Positions 27,924 through 38,100 of a stretch of DNA of 64,000 bases are shown here, one piece after another. Positions within the stretch are counted from its first letter, which is position 1, and each line of letters begins with the position of its first letter. Below the pieces are notes generated by a model. That model saw nothing but the letters and a program-made list of their open reading frames with translations, made no database searches and was not told where the DNA came from. The stretch is from assembly GCA_963422395.1 (NCBI GenBank), contig OY729431.1, positions 1,312,001-1,376,000 on the forward strand, given 5' to 3'. The position numbers and the translations under genes are program-made. This DNA comes from Vicinamibacteria bacterium (GTDB lineage Bacteria; Acidobacteriota; Vicinamibacteria; Marinacidobacterales; Marinacidobacteraceae).

Positions 27924-28073
27924 CGGGATTTTCGGGAGAGTGTACGGATCACCTTCCGGGGCAGATCCGGCCGATGGCCGGGGAGCGGGCGGGGCGGTGC
28001 CCCCCACGCGGCGAGGCAAGCATCCGGTGTCCGTTCGCCGGTAGCTGCGTTCGCGCTGCTTCTCCCCCGGCTC

Positions 28074-28997
28074 TCATGGTTCCGCCTGGTGGATCGACAG
28101 GGAGTCAGGGCCGCCGAAAGTGACCCGGTGCATCAGGCGGACCTCGCGCTCGTCGAAGGGAGAGCCGGCGTGCATCGCCGAGCGGTTGTCCCAGACAGCG
28201 ACATCGCCTTCGCGCCACTGCCAGCAGACCGCGAACTCGGGACCGGTGGCGTGGGCGAGGAGCTCTCGGAGCAGGGCGCGGACTTCCGGTTCCGCAAGCC
28301 CGCTCGCCCCGCGGATGTGGCATTCGGGGATCAGCAGCGCCTCGCGCCCGGTCTCGGGGTGGCGCGGAAGCAGCGGCCGGACCACCGGCGGATGGCGGCG
28401 GCGCACTTCCCGCGACAGTAGCGGGCGATGGGAATTCGTCCGGCGCAGGCGTTCGTCCAAAAAGTGGTAGCAGTGGACGGCGAACCGTCCCTCGATCGCT
28501 GCCCGGAGGCGCCGGGGCAGGGCCGCGGCAGCCTCGGTCATCCCGGCGAACCAGGTGCCGCCTCCGCCCGCGGGATGGACCACACAGTGGAAGATGGAAC
28601 CTGCGGGCTGTGGGTGCCGAAAACTGTCATCCGTATGCCACTGGATGTCGCCCGCATCGGCGCGGACGAAGAGCGAGCGGTATCTACCGTCTCGATAGAG
28701 GTTGCCGAGCCGGAGGATCTCGGGATGGCCGGGTAGCAGGAAGTCCGGGTCATACTTTTCGTTTCGTTCGAGCGGGCCGAAGGCGCGGCAAAAGCGCAGG
28801 AAGTCCCGGGTGTCGAGCGGGCCGCCTCCGCGCAGCACCAGGAGACCGCCCGAATCGAGCCAGAGCCGGCGCAGCGAGGCGAGCTGTTCCTCTCCGGCCT
28901 CGCCGATGGCGAATCCCTCGACGAGGCTGCCGAAACCGGAGGAAGTGATCGGGAGCGGACGCGCGATTCCGGTATCGATCGCCGGCGTCGGAATCAC
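28074..28997 (-). CDS. TauD/TfdA family Fe(II)/2-oxoglutarate dioxygenase
   Basis: WHTD (HxD), GGGTWFA, HPETGR, W..GD..VWDNRSAMH, C-terminal R.MHR. Confidence 0.9.
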   Translation of the reverse strand: MIPTPAIDTGIARPLPITSSGFGSLVEGFAIGEAGEEQLASLRRLWLDSGGLLVLRGGGPLDTRDFLRFCRAFGPLERNEKYDPDFLLPGHPEILRLGNLYRDGRYRSLFVRADAGDIQWHTDDSFRHPQPAGSIFHCVVHPAGGGGTWFAGMTEAAAALPRRLRAAIEGRFAVHCYHFLDERLRRTNSHRPLLSREVRRRHPPVVRPLLPRHPETGREALLIPECHIRGASGLAEPEVRALLRELLAHATGPEFAVCWQWREGDVAVWDNRSAMHAGSPFDEREVRLMHRVTFGGPDSLSIHQAEP

Positions 28998-30451
28998 TGC
29001 CCGCGCGTGGAACCGTGGGGAAGACGGTCCGGCATGTCGGCGAGCAGGTAGCCGAGGACCGCGAGCATTCCCGCGGCGCGGCGCAGGTCGTCGGGGTCCA
29101 CCTTGTCGAGGGTGTCGGCTTCGGTGTGATGCCAGTCGAAGTAGTGCTCCGAGACCGTGCGGAAGCCGATCCCCGGCACTCCGTCAGCCATCAGCGGGCG
29201 GATGTCGGCGCCGCCGCCCCCGCGGGTCATCGCCTCCGCATCGATCGCCGAGAAGAGGCTGCCGATGGGCCGCAGGATGGCGAGCGCCTCGGCGTACCCG
29301 TCGTCCGCATCCGGCCCGTCCCCGAGCCACGGGAGGCCGATACCGAAGCCCACCGGCCGCTCGGCACCGCCGTCCATTTCGATCGCCGCGACATGGTTTT
29401 CGATCCCGTCTCCCACGAAATCGCGGTAGGCGGTTCCTCCGCGGCCTCCGTTCTCCTCGTTCGTCCAAAGCACCACGCGCAGGGTGCGCCGGGGGCGGAG
29501 TTCGAGCCGCCGGAGCAGGGTCAGTCCGTGCCAGGCGGCGATACATGCGGCGCCGTCGTCGTGCGCGCCGTGGCCGACATCCCACGAGTCGTAATGGCCG
29601 CCCATGACCACTACTTCCTCGGGCAGTTCGCTGCCGGTGATCTCCGCCATCACATTGTGGGAGCGCGCGTCGGGGAGGGTTTCCGCTTCGAGTTCCAGGT
29701 GGATTTCGATGGGCTCCCCCAGCTCGTCGAGCCGCCGCAGCCGCTCGGCATCCTCGACGGTCAGCGCCGCGGCGGGGATCTTCGGGGTCCCCGCTTCGTA
29801 ACGCATGTTTCCGGTGTGCGGCGTGGAAAGGCTCCGTCCGGTCGCCGAGCGCACCAGGCTTGCCGCCGCGCCCTTCGCCGCAGCGCGGACCGCCCCCATC
29901 CGGCGGTAGGCGCCGGTCCCGCCGTAGCCCATCCAGGGGACCGCCCAGACCACGATGCGGCCCTCCACTTCCGAACGGGGCATCCGGTCGAGTTCCTCGA
30001 AGGACCGGGCGATCACTGCCGGGGCGCGGATCCCGCCGGGCGGCGTGGCCACGCTGCCGCCGAGCGCGAGGATCGGCAGCTGGTCCGTCGAGGGGGAGAG
30101 CAGGGTGGCCCGCGCCGGGCCCCGGACCCAGTGCGGTACCAGGACCTCCTGGAGGTGTACCCGGTCGAGTCCCTCGGCGCGCATGGTCTCCGCCGCCCAT
30201 TCGATGGCGTCCGAAAGCCCGGCAGAACCGCTCAAACGGTGTCCGATGCGCAGTGTCAGATGCTCGAGCTTGGCCCAGGCGTCCCGATCGGTGAGCGCCG
30301 CCCCGAGGATCTGTCCGGCGGTTTCGCGGTATCGGTTCGCGAGATCCTGTCGATCCTCGGGATGGAAGGAGGGCGGGTCGGGCGGTTGGGCGCTGGCCGC
30401 CGGAGTCAGAAGGAGACCCGCAGCGAGCAGGGAGAAGAAGATGCTGTTCAC
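28994..30451 (-). CDS. M28 peptidase, carboxypeptidase Q-like, with PA domain
   Basis: GHRLSGS, VPHWVRG, PHTG, GGHYDSWD, GAHDDG, EENG, EMDGG, HHTEADT; signal peptide from GTG 30451. Confidence 0.92.
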   Translation of the reverse strand: MNSIFFSLLAAGLLLTPAASAQPPDPPSFHPEDRQDLANRYRETAGQILGAALTDRDAWAKLEHLTLRIGHRLSGSAGLSDAIEWAAETMRAEGLDRVHLQEVLVPHWVRGPARATLLSPSTDQLPILALGGSVATPPGGIRAPAVIARSFEELDRMPRSEVEGRIVVWAVPWMGYGGTGAYRRMGAVRAAAKGAAASLVRSATGRSLSTPHTGNMRYEAGTPKIPAAALTVEDAERLRRLDELGEPIEIHLELEAETLPDARSHNVMAEITGSELPEEVVVMGGHYDSWDVGHGAHDDGAACIAAWHGLTLLRRLELRPRRTLRVVLWTNEENGGRGGTAYRDFVGDGIENHVAAIEMDGGAERPVGFGIGLPWLGDGPDADDGYAEALAILRPIGSLFSAIDAEAMTRGGGGADIRPLMADGVPGIGFRTVSEHYFDWHHTEADTLDKVDPDDLRRAAGMLAVLGYLLADMPDRLPHGSTRGQ

Positions 30452-30514
30452 GGGCGCAGAGGATAGAGCAGTCCGCCGCGCCCGAAAGGGTCTCGCAAGG
30501 CGGCCGCAGAGCAG

Positions 30515-30641
30515 TATCCACAGGCTGTTGTCAGTTTGTGGATGAAATGGCGCGAGCCCCGAGAACGGTCCGGTTCTCCCGGTGGGGGCTTCGCCGTGTT
30601 GCATCGCTGGCCTTTGGCCGTGTGACTTCGTCCGCAGGCTG
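30515..30641. mobile_element. 110-bp MITE (30532-30641) abutting a second isolated IS1182-type end (30515-30527)
   Basis: Imperfect IRs CAGTTTGTGGATGAAAT ... ACTTCGTCCGCAGGCTG followed by CTAG. Preceded by TATCCACAGGCTG-TTGT, the same end-to-end arrangement as at 1380-1413. No perfect TSD. Confidence 0.7.
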
Positions 30642-30681
30642 CTAGTCTGCGGGATACCACTGCGGGGTTCGAGGCCTTCTC

Positions 30682-31923
30682 ATGGCGCGTAGCATTCGTT
30701 TTCGCGATTTCGTGCTCATCGTTTCCGTCGCTGGGTTCCTGGTCGCGGCGGCGGTGGCGATCCACACCGCCCGACCGGGAGTCGAGGGGCGCTCGGCGCC
30801 GCAGGTGCGGGCGAGCGGGGAGTGCGCGAACTGCCACCGGAACGAGACCGGCGCCATCGTCGCGCAGTTCGAGACCAGCGCGCACGCTGCCGCCGAGGTC
30901 ACCTGTCTCGATTGCCATCGGGTCCACCCGCGCCAGACGGCGGTCGAGCACTACGGGTTCCAGCTCTCGGAAGCCGCCACCGCACTTGCGTGCCAGGGGT
31001 GTCACGCCGACGAAGTACGCCAGTTCGAGAGGAGCCGCCACGCGCTGCCGGCCTACGCCGCGGTGATGGGGACGGAGGGGATTCCGGCCTCGTTCCCGGA
31101 AGATCGAGTCGCCCGCGCAGAGGAGCTCCATCCGGGAGCGGTGATGCGTCCAGCGAACGCACTCGCCCGGCTGGAGGGACCGGCCACGATCCGTTCCGGG
31201 TGCCTCGGCTGTCATGACATCGGAAGACCCAACGCAGACGGCTCCATCGGAACCTGCACCGCCTGCCACAGCCGGCATGCGACCTCCATCTCGATCGCTC
31301 GCTCTCCGGCGACCTGCGGGCAGTGTCACATGGGGCCGGACCACGCCCAGAAGGAGATCTACGGCGAGTCGAAACACGGCGTCCTGTTCGAAGCGCTGCG
31401 GCACACGATGGATCTCGACGCCGACCCCCAACGGCTCACCGCTTTCGACATGCCGGTGCCGACCTGCGCCACCTGTCACCTGAGCGGCCTTTCCGGCGCG
31501 AAGGTCACCCACGACACCACCGAGCGGCTCTCCTGGTGGCTCTTCGCACCGGTGTCGGAGAAGCGCCCGCACTACCATCGGGCGCAGGCAGAAATGCAGG
31601 GAATCTGTCTGAAGTGCCACGCCGCGAGCCATGTCGAGCAGTACTACGCCGAGGCCGAGCGGGTCGTCGAAGCCACGAACGCGCGGGTTTCGGCACTCGT
31701 GGATCGGATGGCCGAGGTCCAGGCATCCGGCCTGCTCACCGACGCTCCCTTCGACGAAACTCTCGACTTTCTCTTCTTCGACGCTTGGCACTACGCCGGG
31801 CGGACGGTGAAGCACGGCGCCTTCATGGACGGGGCCGACTTCGTGCAGTGGCACGGAACCTACGATCTGGTACATCGGCTCAGCGAGATCGAGGAACGGG
31901 TGGCGGCGCTCGTCGAGGAGTGA
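30682..31923 (+). CDS. octaheme cytochrome c, hydroxylamine-oxidoreductase (HAO) family
   Basis: Eight CxxCH motifs: CANCH, CLDCH, CQGCH, CLGCH, CTACH, CGQCH, CATCH, CLKCH. HAO-family signature CHMGPDH.Q.EIY.ESKHG; N-terminal hydrophobic anchor. Confidence 0.9.
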   Translation: MARSIRFRDFVLIVSVAGFLVAAAVAIHTARPGVEGRSAPQVRASGECANCHRNETGAIVAQFETSAHAAAEVTCLDCHRVHPRQTAVEHYGFQLSEAATALACQGCHADEVRQFERSRHALPAYAAVMGTEGIPASFPEDRVARAEELHPGAVMRPANALARLEGPATIRSGCLGCHDIGRPNADGSIGTCTACHSRHATSISIARSPATCGQCHMGPDHAQKEIYGESKHGVLFEALRHTMDLDADPQRLTAFDMPVPTCATCHLSGLSGAKVTHDTTERLSWWLFAPVSEKRPHYHRAQAEMQGICLKCHAASHVEQYYAEAERVVEATNARVSALVDRMAEVQASGLLTDAPFDETLDFLFFDAWHYAGRTVKHGAFMDGADFVQWHGTYDLVHRLSEIEERVAALVEE

Positions 31924-32876
31924 CGACCGACTCGTCCACTTTCGGCCGGGGTTTTCGGACCCGGCGCGGCGACTCTCTCGCCGGGGGAGTGCTGCGCGCT
32001 TTCCGGGGGGTGCGGCTCGGTCGGGGTTCGCCGACTGCAGCGGCGCGGCGGCTCCGAAGACACCGGCGGCTCCTGCTCGAGATATTCCTCGCCGGGAACC
32101 TTCTCTTGCTGGCGGTGGACATCTTCTTCGCGCATTCGGTGAACGGCTTTCGGGAGCCTTCGGAGTGGGTGCCGCTCGGCTTCTCGCTCCTCGGCGGCGG
32201 CTTCGTCGCCGGATTGCTCCTCTCCGGGCTTCGCCCTGATGTTCCGGCGTCCCGCATCGCCGGCGGGACCGTCGGCCTGCTCTCGATCGGGTTGGGAATC
32301 TGGGGGGCGCTCGCCCATCTCGAAGGGCAGTTCTTCCGTACCCGCACTCTCGAGAGTCTGGTGTACGCCGCTCCGTTCGCAGCCCCGCTCGCCTACTCCG
32401 GAATCGGATTCCTGCTGCTGGTCAACCGGGTTTTCGGCAGCGGCTTCGCCTGGGGCCGGTGGGTGATCGGATTCGCCGCCGGCGGATTCGCCGGCTGCTT
32501 CCTGCTCGCGCTCCTCGATCACGAGCAGAACGGCTTCTTCTTCTGGACCGAGTGGATCCCGGTCGCGGCAGCGGCGCTCGGCCTTTCGACTCTGGGCGTC
32601 GTCGCCTACCGCGACCATCCCGACCCGGCGCTCGTTCGGCTCGCCCTGGCGGTGCTCGGGGTCGAGGCCCTGGTGGGAATCCTCGGATTCGCGATGCATC
32701 TCGAAGCGGGCATCCGCACTATCGGCGATCGGACTCTCGAAGCCTTCATCCACGGTGCCCCGCCGTTCGCCCCGCTGCTGTTCATGGACCTCGCGCTGCT
32801 CGCCGGGATCGGTTTGCTGGCTCTTCCGGAGGAGGCGCCCGCGGGCGCTGACCGTCTCTGGACCGCCGTTTCGTAA
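31920..32876 (+). CDS. integral membrane protein with internal duplication, coupled to the octaheme cytochrome
   Basis: GTG overlaps the cytochrome stop (GTGA). Multiple hydrophobic segments; two repeats (H..NGF....EW.P; HLE; AP..APL). Confidence 0.8.
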   Translation: MTTDSSTFGRGFRTRRGDSLAGGVLRAFRGVRLGRGSPTAAARRLRRHRRLLLEIFLAGNLLLLAVDIFFAHSVNGFREPSEWVPLGFSLLGGGFVAGLLLSGLRPDVPASRIAGGTVGLLSIGLGIWGALAHLEGQFFRTRTLESLVYAAPFAAPLAYSGIGFLLLVNRVFGSGFAWGRWVIGFAAGGFAGCFLLALLDHEQNGFFFWTEWIPVAAAALGLSTLGVVAYRDHPDPALVRLALAVLGVEALVGILGFAMHLEAGIRTIGDRTLEAFIHGAPPFAPLLFMDLALLAGIGLLALPEEAPAGADRLWTAVS

Positions 32877-32929
32877 ACTCGCCGGAGCCGCCGAAGGTTG
32901 CGGCGGCCTGTCCGATGGAGGTTTCCAGG

Positions 32930-34966
32930 ATGCATGAGCGAACGATCAGGATTTGGGGTGGAGCGGCGCTCCTCGCGCTCGTTACGGCGGCGGCGGCGTC
33001 CGCTGCGGACGGAAAGCGCCCGCTGCAGCTCGCCGACTATCTCTCGTGGGAGGCGGTGCGGAGTCCGCAGATCGCTCCCGACGGCGGGAGCGTGGTGTAC
33101 GAGCGGCGCTTCGTGGACTCCATGAAGGACCGCTGGAAGACCGAACTCTGGGTCATCGGCAGCGACGGATCGAGGAACCGTTTCCTCACCGAGGGCGGCG
33201 GCCCGCGCTGGTCTCCCGACGGGACCCGGATCGCCTTCCTGCGCGACGGCCAGATCTTCGTGCGCTGGATGGATGCCGAGGGCGCGGAAAGCCAGCTGAC
33301 CCGGCTTCTGAATCCTCCTTCGCAGATCCAGTGGGCGCCCGACAGCGGTTCGATCGCCTTCCGGGCGGTGGTACCTCCCGGACCCGAGGACACCTGGGCC
33401 ATCGAGATGCCGAAACCGCCCGAGGGCGCCGCCTGGACGAAACCGCCGCGGATCGTCACCCGGCTGAACTACCGGCGTGACGGGTCGGGGTATGCCCCCG
33501 CCGGATTCCGGCACCTCTTCCTGGTGAGTGCCGACGGCGGCACGCCGCGTCAGCTGACGAGCGGCGGCTTCCACCACGACGGACCGCGTTTCGCCGGTGA
33601 CGGGGCGGCGATCGTGTTCACCTCGCTCCGGACTCCGGACGCGGAACACGCCTGGCGCGAGTCCGAGATCTACCGGGTCGAGGTGGCGACCGGGGAGATC
33701 ACTGCGCTGACCGATCGACGCGGCCCCGATTCCGGACCGGTCCCTTCCCCCGACGGGAGCATGATCGCCTACACCGGGATGGACTACACCAGGGACACCT
33801 ATCGGGAGGAATCTCTCACGGTGATGCGCGCCGACGGCGGCGATCCGCGCGTGGTGGCCAACGAGATGGGCCGGCGGCCGGGAATCGTGGGTTGGGCCAG
33901 CGACGGGAGCGGGGTCTATTTCAACGCTCAGGTGCGGGGCACCAGCAATCTCTATTTCGCGCCGCTCGACGGTGAAGTCCGGCCCGTTACTTCCGGGAAT
34001 CACATCCTTTCGGTGGCGACGGTGAGCGGCGATGGAACCGCGGTGGGAGTGGTGAGCGCCTACCACACTCCGGGAAATCTGGTCGCCTTCGAGGTGGATT
34101 CCCCGGAGCGGCTCACAACGCTGCATGTGACGAACGCATCGGTGCTCGCCGGAGTGCGTTTCGGTGAGGTCGAGGAGATCTGGTACGAATCCTCGGACGG
34201 CCTCGACATCCAGGGCTGGATCGTGAAACCGCCGGACTTCGACCCCTCCTCGAAGTATCCGCTGATCCTCCGCATCCACGGCGGCCCCCATGCGATGTAC
34301 AACAGCGGTTTCGACTTCAAGAACCAGGACCACGCGGCCAACGGGTATGTCCTTCTCTACACGAATCCGCGCGGCAGCAGCGGCTACGGGAGCGCCTTCG
34401 GCAACGAGATCGCGAACGCTTATCCCGGCAAGGACCTCGACGACCTGATGGCAGGTGTGGACGAGGTCTTGTCGCGCGGCTACATAGACGAGCGAAACCT
34501 GTTCGTGTACGGCGGCAGCGGCGGTGGAGTGCTGACCTCCTGGATCGTCGGAAACACCGACCGGTTCACTGCGGCAGTGGCGAAAGCGCCGGTGACGAAC
34601 TGGTTGAGCTTCGTGGGAACCACCGACGGCGCGAGCTGGTACCGGAACTTCGAGAAGCTGCCCTGGGAGGATCCCGAGGAGCACCTCCGCCGATCGACGC
34701 TGATGTATGTGGGGAATGTCACCACGCCGACGATGCTGATGACCGGCGAGCGCGATCTGCGCACTCCGATGGAGCAGACCGAGCAGTACTACCGGGCGCT
34801 CAAGATGCGGAAGATTCCGACGGCGATGGTCCGGCTCACCGACGGTTGGCACAGCCGCAGCCTGCCCCCGACGAACTTCTTGCGGGTGCAGCTGCTGCTG
34901 CGAAAGTGGTTCGACCGCTTCCGGGTCACCGAAGAGACGACCACCGACGAGTCGGGCGGCCGGTGA
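32930..34966 (+). CDS. S9 family peptidase with PD40 beta-propeller
   Basis: Signal peptide, WSPDG repeats, IHGGPH, NPRGSSGYG, GGSGGG nucleophile, DLRTP, GWH; GGAGG before ATG 32930. Confidence 0.93.
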   Translation: MHERTIRIWGGAALLALVTAAAASAADGKRPLQLADYLSWEAVRSPQIAPDGGSVVYERRFVDSMKDRWKTELWVIGSDGSRNRFLTEGGGPRWSPDGTRIAFLRDGQIFVRWMDAEGAESQLTRLLNPPSQIQWAPDSGSIAFRAVVPPGPEDTWAIEMPKPPEGAAWTKPPRIVTRLNYRRDGSGYAPAGFRHLFLVSADGGTPRQLTSGGFHHDGPRFAGDGAAIVFTSLRTPDAEHAWRESEIYRVEVATGEITALTDRRGPDSGPVPSPDGSMIAYTGMDYTRDTYREESLTVMRADGGDPRVVANEMGRRPGIVGWASDGSGVYFNAQVRGTSNLYFAPLDGEVRPVTSGNHILSVATVSGDGTAVGVVSAYHTPGNLVAFEVDSPERLTTLHVTNASVLAGVRFGEVEEIWYESSDGLDIQGWIVKPPDFDPSSKYPLILRIHGGPHAMYNSGFDFKNQDHAANGYVLLYTNPRGSSGYGSAFGNEIANAYPGKDLDDLMAGVDEVLSRGYIDERNLFVYGGSGGGVLTSWIVGNTDRFTAAVAKAPVTNWLSFVGTTDGASWYRNFEKLPWEDPEEHLRRSTLMYVGNVTTPTMLMTGERDLRTPMEQTEQYYRALKMRKIPTAMVRLTDGWHSRSLPPTNFLRVQLLLRKWFDRFRVTEETTTDESGGR

Positions 34967-35123
34967 TTCGGCGCGGGCTGTCCCCTCGAAACGACTTCGC
35001 CGACGGGCTTCGTCCCCCGGGGGCTCGGCCGAATCAGGGAAAAATGGTATAGCGGCCTCTACCCTCCGGCAGGGGCCTTCTTCGGAGCGGCGCTTGCGCA
35101 GTCCGCGGCATTTCGGCGGTGTA

Positions 35124-38100
35124 TCAACGGATATGCCGGTTTCGGTTTTTCTTCCAGGCCCGAAGCCGCGGCAGCTCGTGGCGATCCACCAGGAGTACAT
35201 CTCGTCGACGAGCCAAACGCCTGGCACTCGCAGTGAAGCCAGCAGCGTTCGTCACGACCATCGGTATCGGTTCTCCTCGAATCTCGTAATGGGGAATCGC
35301 GCGCAGAACTTCCTCGACCGCGGCGCGGCCGCAGCTGGCGTCGGGTTGTGTGTGCTTGCACTGAAGGATGATCGTGTGCTGGTCGTCGCCGATGCGCGAT
35401 ATCGCGATACCGTCTGCGCCTCGATCTCGGCTCCGAGGAGTCCGCCGGGTGTCGTAGCCGGCCTCGGCGAGCTGCTGCAGTGCCCAGATTTCGAAAGCTT
35501 CCGGTTCCTGCAGATCGATGTCGGCTCGGGCTTCCCGCGTTTCCGAATCTTCGCCGCCGAGCGCCATCGTCATGGTGCTGTGGTAGAGATCGTTCATGTC
35601 TCCTTCGGTCGCAGTGGTGGGCGCGAGTACGCGGCGGTTCCTCTCTCGCTTCCGCTCCATCAGGCTGTCGAGCTTCAGATCGAAGCTGTAATCGCCGAAG
35701 CGCGGATGCCGGGCCAGCGGCAGATAGACATGCACGAGTCGGCGCTGTCCGATCCGGAACACTCGGTCGGTGCATTGATCCTCCACGGCCGGATTCCACC
35801 ACCGGGTAAGATGGATCACATGGTTCGCGGCCGTCAGGGTCAAGCCGACACCGCCGGCGCGGGGTGAGAGGACCATCACATCGAATCCCTGGCGATTCTG
35901 GAAGGCATCGACGCGCGCCTTGCGCGTCCGCCCGGAGACGGCGCCGTTGACGACCAGAACATCGTTGGGAAGTCGAAAGCGCTGCCGGAGTGCCACGATC
36001 AAGAAGTCTTGCATCTCGCGCAATTCGACGAAGAGCAGCACCTTCTCGTGAAGATTCGCGATCTTGTCCAGGATCGAAAAGGTTTCGGAGAGCCTCGCCG
36101 ATTCCTGGATGTATCGGTCCGGATCGGAGTCGGCCGGCGCGGCGGGATGCAGCGAAATGCTTCTCAGATCTTGGAGGGATTGGAGCATTCTCCCGCCTTG
36201 CCGGCTTTGCAGCACGATCTGCTCGTATCGCTCGGCTTGGAGCGGGGGCATCTCAACGACGTGTCGGTGTATGTGCTTGTCCGGCAAGCCGGAGAGATGG
36301 TCTTCCTTGAGGCGCCGCAGCATCAGTACCGGGGGAGACTCCACCGTCAATTCGCGATGCAGTTCCGCAAGCGCCGACTGGCCGTCCTCGTCGTCTGCTT
36401 CATAGCGCCGGCTGAAGTCTTTCAGGGTCGCGAATTTGCCGGGCTCGATCCGGTCGAGCATCGACCATATGTCGGCCGGTCGGTTCTCTACCGGGGTGCC
36501 GGTCATCAATAGGGCGAAATCCACATTCATCGCGAGTGCCGCGTCGGTGATGCGGGCGCTCGGATTCTTGATCTTCTGTGCTTCGTCGAAGACCGCAGCA
36601 CGCCAGTGGACGCGGCCGAAGCTGTGTTGGTAGTCGCGCAGCGTCTCATAGGTGGTCAGCACCCAATCCGCTTCCGACAGCGCCTCGACTTTCAGTTTCG
36701 GTAGCGGCGGATCGGCTCTGAGTTCGTTGCCCGCCTCATTCGCTCCGGTTCTGAGTTGCCGGAGGCCTGCACCATGCGCCTCGACGGCTCGGCCGAGTCC
36801 GGCTTCGGACAAGTGCTGGTCGTGCTCGTCCCGCCAGTTGCGAAGCAATCCGGTCGGGGCGACTACGAGTAGCGGCCGGGGCGCGAGGCCCACGGTGAGG
36901 GCGTATGACTTCAGGCAGGAGAGGAACGCCAGCGCCTCCAAAGTCTTGCCCAGGCCCATGTCGTCGGCCAGCAGGACGCCCCAGCTTCCAGCGTCCCAGT
37001 GGGATCGCAGCCACGCGAGGCAGTCCTGCTGGTGCGGGAAGAGGGTGGTGCGGAGATTCGGGGCTGCGGCCGTTATGCCGGGCGTGCGCTTCCTGCGCTC
37101 GCGATGGAACTGAAGGGCTTCCAGGTTGTCGGCGACGAGCAGCACTCGATCGCTACCGTCCGGTCCGGCTCCTTTGCCGGGGCGAGGTCGTTCCCTGTCG
37201 GGCTTCGGTCGCGCCACCGGGGCCCTTCGGCGAACCAGTTCCTCGATGGCTTCGATGGCGGCCGGATCCGCGGGGATTTCGCTGTCGTCACCGACTCGGA
37301 CGGTCGGATCGCATCGCTCGACCGCCGTGCGGACTCTTTCGAGCAGATCCGGGAGGTCGTCGGATTCCAGGTGCACGATCTGTGAACCGATACGGAGTCC
37401 CAGTTTCTCGGGAGGGAGCCAGGGCTCCGCCGCCTGTTGGATCCACGGAAGCGGCTTTTCGATCCAGATGCCGATACCGCGCACCCGTTCGCTCAATCCG
37501 AGGTCGCTGAAGATACTGTCGACATCGATCTGCTCATCGCCGGCGCCGTCGAGCGCTCCGCGGAGGTATCCGGGGACATCCCGAAGGAAGTCGCGCCGCT
37601 CGCCGGCGGTGCCTGTCTGGGCGCGCCGGACGGAGCCGAGGAGCCGTTCGACTTCCGGCGTCAGCACGACATAGGCCCCACCTCCGGCCGCGTACCGGTG
37701 CTTCACCTGCGACAACCCCCGGAAACGCCGTGCGAACTCTTGCTGACGGGCGGAAGGCAGGGAGCGGGTGAAAACCTGTTCCTCGTCCTCCGCATCGGTG
37801 ATGCGCGTCTCCCGGCGGCCGACTATCGGATCGAAGTTCGGCTCGCCATCATCGTCCAGGAACGGGGCGAGTTCGAAACTCGACGCCACGACGATGTGCA
37901 ACGCCCGCAGCTTTCCATCGACGACAGCGTCCTCGGGAAGGATCTCCGCGATCCGTCCCCATTGGAGCATTCGGGTTTCGAGATCCGCGTTCTCCGCTCG
38001 TTGGAATCGGTCGATGGCATCGGTGATGGTGTACAGGGGGTCCAGCAGCAAGAAGTCGTCATCACCGACCCGCAGCCAGGCGCCCTGGCGGCGTGTGCCC

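Noticed and set aside
24606-28421. 1271-aa plus-strand ORF
   Set aside because: Antisense shadow of the VPS10-like and TauD genes; no motifs. Long shadow ORFs are expected at this GC content.
35040-35056. AAAATGGTATAGC as an antisense promoter into zorD
   Set aside because: Lacks the conserved final T of the -10 hexamer and has no convincing -35.
32606-35227. 873-aa minus-strand ORF continuing after zorD
   Set aside because: Antisense shadow of the S9 peptidase; not a fifth Zorya gene.
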